In this document: piece by piece, positions 24,407-36,200 of the stretch
Layout of the letters: every line of letters begins with the position of its first letter
Position numbering within the stretch: position 1 is the first letter of the stretch
NCBI RefSeq assembly: GCF_036588685.1
Contig: NC_086386.1
Location: forward strand, 46,810,001-46,874,000
DNA: 64,000 nucleotides
Source of the DNA: Mytilus trossulus
Taxonomy: Eukaryota
Direction of reading: 5' to 3'
Translations under genes and position numbers: made by a program
The notes under the pieces: generated by a model
The model's database searches: none
Told to the model about the DNA's origin: nothing
What the model saw: only the letters and a program-made list of their open reading frames with translations

Positions 24407-27400
24407 TCAACGACGAACTATTTTGGTACCATTGTTAATCATGCTCAGTTTCAAAAACGTATGAAACTTATTAGAATGACCATTCTTATATTCATGTTTT
24501 GTTTCAATATATTTCATTCTTGAAGGCCCTAATCCATTTTGCATGTCTGGATATTCACGAGCAAGGACAGTTATTAATTCCAAACGTCGCTTTCGTTTTC
24601 TGAAATAGATGAAAAAGAAAGTTGATTTGGTTGTTTTCTTCTTCATGAAAAAATGCAACTCCAATGTAAAAAAAAATGCATTATTTGCGTAAACCTATAT
24701 TGACAGAACAAACATAAAGATACAGTTATATAGATAGCTTAGAATTGTCTTATTTCTACTGGTTAACGTTGAAAAATAATGGTAATGTAAAGAACTCTTT
24801 TGGTATGTTACATATATGAAGTGCTCTTGATGGGCCTTTCATTGCAGTTAACAGTTATAAAATTTTGATATTTATTTTCACACCAGAATCTCGAATGAAG
24901 AGATTATGTGCGTATGTTCCCACTTTTTTTAATGACAATGTATCCTTTGACCACATTTAAGGTGTATGTATTTCTCCTCTTGTTCCCTATACCACTTTGT
25001 AAAATGACGTTTTATATTTCAATATCAACATGAGAAAATGTACAATGAGTGTCAATGAGACAAATTTCCATCCCTAATTAAATGACGAAGAATTGAACAA
25101 GAATTGGTCATGTTATTATTAATTCATATAAGTCTAAGGATATTATAAATTTTTGAGACAAAATAAACTTTAATATGACATGACAAAATGCTTGTTTAAA
25201 AAACCGCATGAAAGTCACAACAATATCAGAAAGTGAATAGAAAACATTGTTAGTCTATATAAATAAATATATTTATAGAAAGTTAATATCGGGGTTTAGA
25301 TTAGATTTTGGCATAGTATTGAGTGCTAATTTTGTACTTCCTTGTAATTTTCCTTTGTTATTCAAACTTCCTGTTAGCCAAATTCGACACTGACAATACT
25401 TGCTAGGAGAAACTGGACACGTACCAAAATTGAAATATTTGGAAAAGATAATAAACTCAGTACCACTAATTTTGAAATACGAACATATTTGGTGTGTATA
25501 CTCATTCAAATTCAACAAGTATGCAGTGCTTGCTTTTATTGGTACGTCTGAAATCATTTGCCAAGGCTTGTATTAAAGAGACTTATTTTTGATGTTTTTA
25601 AATTTATATATGTTTTGGTTTTATTTTATAGAAAACGCTTTTAACTAACTATGAAAAACGTGTTGTTTCTCTAAAGAAAAGATAAGTATACCATTGTTAT
25701 GCGTTTACTTTTCTACATTGGTTAGAGGTATATGGGGAGGGTTGAGATCTCACAAACATGTTTAACCCCGCCGCATTTTTGCGCCTGTCCAAAGTCTGGA
25801 GCCTCTGGCCTTTGTTAGGCTTGTATTATTTTAATTTTAGTTTCTTGTGTACAATTTGGAAATTAGTATGGCGTTCATTATCACTGAACTAGTATATATT
25901 TGTTTAGGGGCCAGCTGAAGGACGCATCCGGGTGCTGGAATATCTCACTTCATTGAAGACCTGTTGGTGACCTTCTGCTGTTGTTTTTTCTATGGTCGGG
26001 TTGTTGTCTCTTTGACACATTCCCCATTTCCATTCTCAATTTTATCATTGTTTACATGCTCACCTGTATTTTGTTAAGTAATATACGACAAGGAATCCCA
26101 CGATGACGGTGACTAGTACCAGCACCACAGAAATAACTGACAGAATTATTATTGCACTTTCACCTACAAACAATAACATTGATAAAGTAAACAATTAGGC
26201 TGAGTTATTGTATATAATATTCAAATAGTATAGATTATAAACAAAATCCTATTTATGTTTTAAGAAATTAGAAAAGACAATCTATCGTCTATCTGAAAAA
26301 CAAGAGTCCATACACGCTACACAGAAACTCACGGGTGTATAGACTTGAATATTTGAGGGAAACCCGGATGTGTTTCTTACACAGAATAAATGTTACGTTG
26401 TTTGTTTTATTTTTCAAGTCCGTTGAGTTTGCATTCATTTACAGCGGACAGTCAGGATTGTTTGATACGGTATTGAGTTTTGTTGTGTACTTCTGATTAA
26501 AGATTAATCAAGAAAAGTGTATCAGATGCACACAGTTTATATAAAAGTAATTTTTAATCATTGGGAATTTCCTTCAAGTAATTGGCTATAAATGACGATT
26601 ATGATTTTACCTGATTATGCTTTGGGCAAAAAAAAAAGAAAAAAGAAAGAAAGAGGACCCATAGAGTGGAACTGTAAACAACAGAAATGATCAGCCAGAC
26701 AAGATTTGCGTCAACATAGACGAACAGTATACTTTTGACATGATTTTAACATTTGAATGATGATTTGGACATAAAAATAATGAGACAAAACACTTTGTAT
26801 ACTTTGGACACCGTCGAGTTGATAAGAGCAAAGTATCTATGCCTTGGAAAATAGTTCAATAATCCTCATTTAGTCGAAAATGTTATTTTGTTTTACCTTT
26901 ATAGGAATCAATTTCGTAAAGACAAATTGAATGCTCATTTGCGATTATGGCATTAATTGATTATTAGATTATTGAATATATTTATATACGCGCAATCATG
27001 ATTTTCACTTTATGTGCATTTCGGTATCTCCTTGTAACTTTTCTAGGATTTCAATCTGCAAGTAGTTAAGATATATTTCTACCAGTGAATATTTTTTTAC
27101 TTGATTGTTCTTTGAATACAGAGTCTGTTGTATACGTTGACTCTGTTGAATTTGTTGGTTCTGTTGAAAACGTTGATTCTGTTGAATTTGTTGATTCTGT
27201 TGAAAACGTTGATTCTGTTGAATATGTTGGTTCTGTTGAATATGTTAATTCTGTTGAATTTGTTGTTTCTGTTGGATTTGTTGTTTCTGTTGAATATGTT
27301 AATTCTGTTGAATATGTTAATTCGGTTGTTTCCGTTTCTGTAGTAGTCGGTATTGTTGTTGTTGTTGTCGAAGTGGTTGTAATTTCAGGGCATCCATCAA

Positions 27401-30169
27401 CTTCGGACTGTATAGCATTAGGATCTGGAAAACATATTGTGGTTTTATTTATACATATAGGCCGTTTGACGAAATGTACTCATTCGTTTCTGAATCAAAC
27501 TATGTGTATGGTGATTTTCTATAATTCACATTAGCTTAATAACATTTGCCAAATAAAATTTAAACTGAAAAAGTAATAATCGAATCGATTTTTCTATCTA
27601 AGAATAAAAATGTCACTGACTTTCCGTCTTTCAACAGTCAACAAGTATATTAATAAATAAAGATCATGATGTCATAAAAACATTGCCTAGTGGCTCAGTC
27701 ATGTTTCATATACCAAGGAAAGGGACGGGGAAATATTTTTTTATTTTTTTATTTTTTTTTGTCACTGGGGACTATGTGCGTATTTTGGTTTTCCTCTTTG
27801 CCCATGTGCTTTTCCAATGATGATTTATTTCGAAAAAAAGCCTAATGCTCTTTTTTAGAAGCCGTCAAACATCTGCTTTTTCTGTTTGTCCTTTGTTAAT
27901 AAACCAAAGGAGGGATTGATCTATAAATAAAAAGTTTGATTTTAAAAAGCGATAAATTATCCTTTTAGAATGCCACTTTAAAAGTACAATTATTTAAACT
28001 GAAAGAACAGCATTTCACATATTACTTTCAGCTGAGCATCTTATGTTGAAATGACAGCATTTTGATTACTCACACCGAACATTAGATTTCGTGTAACTCA
28101 TAGCATAGCGTTAAAATATATATTTTATTATTAAAAATAACAATTTAACTCAACTAGTTTAAACTTTCGGAACTAATCCAGAATAAATTATAGTGAAATA
28201 AATCATTTATTCAATATCTTAAATATAAAACTCATTTCAAATTTATCACATTTGAAAAGTTGTATACCAGTTGTATAAACGCACATGAAACCTATAGTTT
28301 TCACAATGTGACGCTAATAGATTGTATCGTGAATTAATTCATTTTTGATATTTTGCCATCGATGTCATGTGGTGTTCAATTTTTGATGGCTATGCATATT
28401 TTGAGTAAAATGAGAATGAAGTAAGTCCTCCGATTCCTTAAACTGGACAATTTATTGTTGTATTGACTGTTGTCAGTCATTACACATTTCCTTATTTCTA
28501 TACGGAATATAGATTAAGCAATTGAGGGATACTGTCTCTTACTTTAATACCCTGATAGATTCTGATTATGAAAGCTTGCAACGTTTCTGATGAAGTAAAT
28601 CCGGAAAAGCGCTTCGTACGAATAGAATTATTAAACGTGTTGTTTTCAATTTTTTTCAAGTAACTTTTCATTATCGTTTTTCCTTCGATATTCTCTAGAT
28701 AATCATACATACCAAGTTTGATAGTTGTATTTAAGATGTAATGGCACAGATATGGTATCTCTTCTATATAAAATATGTTTTCCGTTGAACTTGCTATGTT
28801 TGGAAAATCAGTTCTTTCAGTTGGTTCATACATCAGTGATCCAACTCCTAAAACGTAAATATCTTGAACTGACGAAGATAAGAAAAATGCGGCGAATTGT
28901 GTTTGTGTTGGAGATTGTGATAATCCATACGTGATAAGTATCATCGACGACTGAGCGTCTGTCCTCATTCCTTGCGGTGAAACATAAATATTATCTATAA
29001 TATGCTCTAATGCTTTATTCGTTTCACGACTACCAGTTAGACTGTGGTTTTTAATGGAATTTATAGCATCAAGTACACTTGATTTGTCGCTTTTATCGTT
29101 TAAATCAAACTCTGTCTTGGGAGACGTGTTGAATGTAACTACAGCCACCATACTATCATTTGGTCCTATTGTCAATCTACTTGTTATGTTGTAAATGAAG
29201 TCGATGACTTGATCAAATTCGTCTTGCGAAATATCAGCAGTGGTATCAACCAAAAATGTAATATCTGTAGGGAAAAAATATTTTCATTATCTAATACGAG
29301 GCGTACAATAAACGATGCTAACTTTGAATTACAGAAACTAAAAGAAGGAAATCATTTTTAGTATTCCACATTTTTGTAAATCACCAGCTATTTCTTTGAA
29401 TTCATAATCTGGCATTAGCATCACGACGTTTGGCACATGTGTAGCAAGACATAGCGTTGTTAATTTATAAGTTTGAATGTCCATTACATAAAAAGATTTG
29501 ATGATTGATCGTTGCCGGTAAACAACTAGTGCATATACAGGATGAACTAGATATATACGTATATAAGACGTTAACAAGAGTTACAGTTAAATGTGATGCT
29601 TGTTGTAAGTGTTACGTTATAATCTATTATTGTTTAGAACACATTTTCCATATATCGCATATAAGAGCATACGAACCAGTTTTTAAAAGTTGATTCAGCT
29701 AAAAAAAAAATATATTCTCGCCGTTTGCAATAAGAGAAACCAATTTTAACAATTACTAGAATCTAAAACTTTTGGTCATAATTAAAAAATTATTATCAGA
29801 GAAGAAAAGTCGACAATGTCCAACTATTTCAACTGAGACGAGTAATCTATTTTCTCCGACAAACATTTTCTTGTAACCCTTCTACTGCTTCTCAACAATA
29901 TGACAATTGTATATTTCGGTTATTTGTATATTGACCTATTTAACATAAACGGCAAATATATAGTGGTACTTGTGTTTTTTAATTTGAAATAGAAGAAAAT
30001 GGTTACAGAGATAAACTCTCTTATTTACAAAATAATGAACCATACAAAATTGCATGATATATATTTATTGTCAAACATACTAAAACTTACCATTTTTTGC
30101 AGACCGTGTACTGGACAACAATATGAGTATACAGACCGTAGTACACAAGATAATGATTAGCTGTCCCAT
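24407..30169 (-). CDS. Gene C: single-VWA type I membrane protein, about 421 aa, degenerate MIDAS, mucin-like repeat stalk
   Basis: join(30091-30169 signal MGQLIIILCTTVCILILLSSTRSAKN; 28713-29264 VWA with DTTAD, GSRET, ITYG; 27083-27424 DPNAIQSEVDGCP plus STE repeats; 26064-26163 TM AIIILSVISVVLVLVTVIVGFLVVYYL; 24407-24599 tail RKRKRR...EYPDM...EYKNG...IVRR*). Open frame, GT-AG. An alternative in-phase stalk donor ending the exon at 27101 is possible. Confidence 0.88.
25697..26045. mobile_element. Abundant dispersed non-autonomous repeat (other copies at about 19150-19480, 20735-20880, 47975-48115)
   Basis: Shared GGGGCCAGCTGAAGGACGC...CATTGAAGACCTGTTGGTGACC...CCCCATTTCCATTCTCAATTTT block. 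Class not determinable from sequence alone. Confidence 0.7.
27123..27325 (-). repeat. 18-bp coding tandem repeat, about 11 units, encoding (S/P/T)TE(L/S/T/P)T(Y/N/F) in the gene C stalk
   Basis: Plus-strand units such as TCTGTTGAATATGTTAAT and TCTGTTGAAAACGTTGAT. Confidence 0.9.
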
Positions 30170-31739
30170 GAATAACCATTTTCTACTGAATCCTTAGTGC
30201 CGTATTTTCTTCTTTGTGCTTGATTCAAAGTTTATGGCAACACATTTTTTCCTTATTATCTCTTGAATAATGAACTTGAACGTACACAGTTCGTCTTTTG
30301 TCTGTAATCAAGTCTGAATATTTGTTGCTTCATGTGACAGTGGAAATCTCTCTATTGCACATTTCTTTGAATTAAATACAATCACATATAACCTTTCAAA
30401 ATTAATGTTCCCTTCTCTATTTTTTCCTTTCGTTAGTCATATTTCAATTAACTGTTTTCAACACATCAAATTTCAAGGCTGAATATGAGACAAATGTAAT
30501 TATGCAACGTTCATTGTAAGAATGTTAAAATGAAGTGACACTAGACGGTATGACTATGAAACAATAACCTTTTAATAAAATCTCAATTTTCTTTTTGTGT
30601 TTTAAATTGTGATCAGTCTTTGATAATTCAATCATTTTATTGCTGAATGAACCGTGGTGCACAGTAAACAATGTTGACACGATAAGACACGGTAGCTATG
30701 AAAATCACACAGTAGCAAACACTTCCATCTATTGTTTACTGAAAGGGTATACAGTGATTTTGGTTATCAAGTTATGTACCTATTTACGCCTTGATTTAAT
30801 CATTTGAACATTTTTTTTCACTTTTATTTTTTAAACTCTTAAATCACTGACTATATTAAAGACTTGTTAATTAGCAATAAACGACAAAAGGTCTGTTTAC
30901 TTCTTTTGTCCAAAACTATTCACACCAATAGAGAACAGAAGAGGATACAAGCAGCGTATAATTGAAACGTAATCTACATGTGGTATTTTGAAAATATGAA
31001 ATCTACATGTGGTAATTTGACATATATCATATTTCTCTAGATTTTGTTAATATAAAGGTTCATGTCATCTTTTGTTATTAACATTATTATTTATATTATG
31101 TCGTGATTATAATGGTATATTACACATAGAAACAGACGTGGGTCATTTCTAAAATGAGCCATAAATTTTCCTTATTTATAAATATGCACTGACATGCAAT
31201 ATATTCCATATGCATAAGAATCAGGTCTTGTCTACAGTGAAAGAGGAAATAAACTCATCATAGATACATGGATTAAATTTTGTATTGACGACAGACGCGT
31301 GTTTCGTCTACAAAAGACTCATCAGTGACGCTTGAATACGCTTTGACATTTTTTTATATTGATTTTCGGACCAAGGTTTTGTGTATAACTTGGGACTTTC
31401 CGATTAGAATTTTCCTTGGAGTTCGGTAATTTGGGTAATTTGGTTTCTAGCACTAAAAAAAAGAATCAGTTTTTAAAGGTTTTATCCGTCTACATCACAT
31501 GTTGTTCATAAGGTATTTGTATGTATGAAACATCAGGACAACATTAATGATATCTTTCCATTATAATTTAGTATCAAAAATAAAAATGTAAAATCTAACA
31601 CTATTTGTAAATACTTTTCAATTGTGTCCGGAAGCCTTCAATTATCAGGAAATAGATGACAATTATTTTGTTCATTTTTATCTTTTAAATTATCATTTAG
31701 CGTCATGTTTCCCTATTATAGTTTTGAATAATTGAATAA

Positions 31740-32440
31740 TTCAAAGTTCGGTGACTATCTTAATTATATCTTTTCCATCGAATTTGAAATTTAATTGACG
31801 ACAGATACACCTGAATCTGCTTCATATCGTGAGTGATTTATATCAGGAAATTGACTATGGCATATTGATGGAAATATAAACGGCAGAAGTGATGAATTCA
31901 GCTTTTTAATTGGGAACTTTCAATTTATATTAGGGAACATTCAAACAGGCCTGCATATGGAATATATATCTCCTGATATTTTAAGTTTGCAATCGTAATG
32001 TCATTACCTTGATAGAAATTTTTTGCTTACAATGAAGATGTCCAACTATGCGTTCAAAGCGTCAAGTCTGAAGTCATCCTTTCTTAAAATAATCTGCCGC
32101 CTTCATGACTTGGTTGATAATTGTAATGGAATATATGTTTCACAGATTTCAATGAATATGCCCAAAAAGGCGTAATAACAATCCCGTCCTCCTTTCTTTC
32201 AATTTTAACATCACGGAATTGACCATTTCCATGGTTTTACTTACATGATCAACACGAATGTTACGCATGTTGCGCATGATTTGCTCAACCTTCTAAAAAA
32301 TCTGAGATCATGCCCGTTGTGTTGCTCAACCTTTAGTTTTAACCTTTTGTTTTGTAGATTATTTGTTGCTTTTTCGTTTTTTTTGCCATATCATTGTCGC
32401 TTTAATGTTGACTTGTAAGTTTGACTATCACTTTTGCATC
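31740..32440 (+). mobile_element. Highly decayed Penelope-like reverse transcriptase relic
   Basis: TTDTPESASY, DEFSFLIGNFQF and PAYGIYIS motifs of the RT C-terminal region, followed by the family 3' tail. Confidence 0.6.
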
Positions 32441-33280
32441 TGTTGTCTCTCTTTTTCTTCTCTCATGTGTTGAAAGATATCTTGGGAAAAGTGAATACCA
32501 AAACGTTAAGTTTCTTAGAATACATCACCATACAAGATAATTTTGCATATACTTCTCTATCTAGTTGGTTGTATTTTATTTTTTTTTGTATCAAAATAAA
32601 TGAAACAAGACACCAATAACTGCACGTATCGCCTGTCTTTTAGGCAAAAATATATAAAGCTTTAAGCTGATAAACATACAGGGCATGGTTCAATTTTTGG
32701 ATGTTGTTGCAATAATAATAGCATAGTTTTGCTACTGTGACATACATGATAATGTTATAAATTAAACTGATAGTTTTCTCGTTTGAATTTTCTGCATCAT
32801 CGTCTCGGAGCCTTTAGGGTTGACTATATACGACTATTTCACATTGTTGAATGTTGTCCGCTGACATATAACTGCTTATATATAATTATATCCACGTCAT
32901 GTAAAGTATGCTACATATTTGTCTCATTGACAATTATACCACATCTCTTTATTTGTGTATAGCAATTTTTAGAGAAGATTATGTGTAAAAGTTGTAGAAT
33001 ATACAACTATTAATTGACTGATAATTATCAATAGAGGCTTGTGACGAAACACATCGGTCAAGAAGAAATGTCAAATAAAAAGATATGTATTTTTTTGTGA
33101 TTGAAATATTCCTAAATATTTTAATGGATTAACAAGATAATCAGATTATATTTTATTATAACAATATTTAAGATTGCTAACAGATTATGTACACTTTATT
33201 CTCCATTCTTTGCTAATATTGAGTCTATTGACTGATATCAAGAGTTATGGTCCCCTTTTTGTAGATAAATCTGTTTCCTC

Positions 33281-36200
33281 CTAAACTTTTGTCATTGTCT
33301 CTTTATCGGCATTGTCTATCGTACAGTCATGATTCGTCTTTTCCTCTCTGTCCTTCAATTGTGTAAAGAATGATAAGATTAATAAAAGAATATTACTCCT
33401 TTAAATACATGCTCATATCATTTTATTCTAGAAACAATTCACATGTAAAGCAAGTGGTATAACTGTTAAAACGCAAATGTTTCCCCTGACCTACCTTATC
33501 ACAAACAAACTTCTAATCTATTCCTATATGGACTATTCGAAATCCCGTAGCACAGTAATGCGCTTTTTTTGTAAGTAAAACTATGGTCATATTTCCTCAA
33601 ATCCAAAGTGAAATTAATATTCAGATTGGTCAATTGTTTGTTTTTATCTCGCAATGTGTTAACATCTAAATAAATGCAGAAATACTTTAGATATTATTTT
33701 AAGATTGTTAAATACTAGAAATCTCACATTGGAAATTAAAGAAATGAATTACACACATACCTTTTCCTACTACACAAAAGGTATAAAACCAATATTATCA
33801 GGACCAAATTTAATAAACCCGATGACAGGATACCAATTATGACACCAGTATGTAAACCTGGAATATAAAAATTAAATATAGAAACATTCTGCATGTGCCT
33901 GTCCCAAGTCAGTTGCATGTAGTAAAGTGGTTGTCGTTGTTCCATGTCTGTCATAATTTTTTTATTAATTGTTTTGTAATAAATTTGACCATTGGTTTAT
34001 ATTTTCATATCGGGGACTTTTATAGCCGACTGTATGGTATGGATTTTTCTCATTATTTCAAGATATGTTACATCCACTTCATTTAAACTTTGATGGGTAA
34101 TTGTCTCATTATCAGTCATACTATATCTACTTAATTAAATACATAAATAAATCTTAACAGTCAAAAAAAAAGAAATGAATAATTTTAGTCATGATTGAAT
34201 TAATGTCTTCATTACACATATATTCTATTGAAATTATTCTTGAAGATAGCTAACTTTGTGTGTATGATTTTGCAAGGTATTTTGTATAACAAACGTTAAA
34301 TTTCACATTTTTTATAAATTCGACTTTCTCCTAATAATTTAGAAACAATTTTTTCTCACCGTTTCTCAATAACAAAGTTATCATTGCTGCAGAATTTGAT
34401 ATATATCATCAGAAAAATGTAAACCGTTTCTTTAATAAATTCTTGAATTGATCAGCGTCAGATCAGCATTATTTGTGCAATTAATGTAGTTCCTTGCTAT
34501 TTCAAATAGGTGCTGTCGAAAAATAAATAAAATACCTTTGTCACTTTCGGAAACTGTTTCCTCTGTTGAAGTTAGTAGTTCCGTTGACGTCGGATAACAT
34601 GAAACACAACCATTCAAGTGTATAGCTGTTGTTCCATTATCTTGAATGAAAGTTAACAAATATCTGAAAACGTCATGATTAAGGTTTATTTACACAGTAT
34701 AAAATAAAGAACTTCTTTCATTATTACTAATTATATAATCATTATTAATATTTCTATTTAATTTTCAATTATAATTTAGTGCTGGAAAGAAAATCATGCA
34801 TAATCAAAGAAAAAATACACAAACAAAAACAATACAATTCAAAATTATGATATGGTCATTTCGATTTTTCCATGCATTACTTTAAATAATTTTTAAGTCT
34901 TTAATCATACTAAAATGTAAATTATATTGATACCAGTGTCCAATTTAAGGCTTGTTCTTTCTTGAGATAAAGATTTTTGTGAATATGTTGATACTGTTGT
35001 AGTTGAATTTGTTATTTCTACTGAATTTGTCAATTCTGTTGAAGTTGAGTATGTTAATTCTGTTGAATATGGTAACTGTGTGCTTTTCCTTTCTGTAGTT
35101 GTTAATGATGTTGTTGTCAAAGTGTTTGTTTTTGTTGAACAACCATCAACTTCAGACTGTGTGGCATTCAAATCTAAAAAAAAACACAGTTATTATATTT
35201 CTTACCCTAAGCTCTGTGGTGAAATATTCTCATTTACTTCTGTAACTATAGAAGCAATTTACTGTGACGGTATAAAATACTCGTTAGCTCTAAAATCAAC
35301 TTATTATCTGTTCATAAAAATATTACACTATACTTTTAAATAAAAAAAAAAAGCCAGGTAGTTTTTTTCTTTCATCAGAATATTTCTAATCACGTATCGA
35401 AAATATTTAAAAAAATGAAAGTAATATGATGCAACAAATTATTTATATGCATAATAGTGAACAGTATCGAAATCACAGAACTTTGGCAACTTGGTCGACT
35501 CTAAATCTTTAAATGCAGAAAATCTATACCACAGCTCGTTAAATATCTGTTGAATTTTACGTATCTCCTTAATGTATAAAACATCCGCTTTGGCTACATA
35601 CTTTTCATTTCAATTCATGGCTAGAAAAAAAAGGCTCAGAAAAAAATTGTGTGTTCTATAAACGTATTTACACTTTTGGTATTTAGCTGTATTTTGCCTC
35701 CGAATGACCTTACATCACCTCCGAATAACCTTTTTGACGTCAAGCAACAATCACTTTTTAGTTGTGACGTCATATGTTTTGAATTATGAAGTCAAAGTTT
35801 ACGGGAACCTGTGTGATGTTATGTAATGGCGGACAAATTTGCATACAAGTGTAAATACGTCTATTATTGTTAAGAACTCGGATAAACCCGTTTTATGTTT
35901 TCCATATTCCATCATTAACTGTTTTCATGTATAACCATTTATATAAACGGGCAGACCTTTCAAAATGATGAGATCTACCTTTCGAGTTTTCTCTCAAAGA
36001 CAATTTTTACCTATTTTTTTTTGTCACTACCTTGAAGCGCATAATAGGTACCAATAAACTTTTATAAGCCAAAGTGATACGCAAAACAATAGTTACATTT
36101 AGTAGTGATCGTATCGTAATTGGTCGCCTTTGAAAACCGATTTATACTTATTTTATCGTTTCTAAATGGTAAAAAAAGCGTACGGTCACCTATAGTTGTT

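Noticed and set aside
27085-27534. 149-aa Val/Ser/Glu repeat ORF and 71-aa Leu-rich ORF on the plus strand
   Set aside because: Antisense shadows of gene C's 18-bp Thr/Ser repeat exon, which has proper splice sites on the minus strand.
28498-28712. C-terminal extension of the 251-aa ORF
   Set aside because: Intron read-through past the GT donor at 28712, which is conserved in position with the paralogs.
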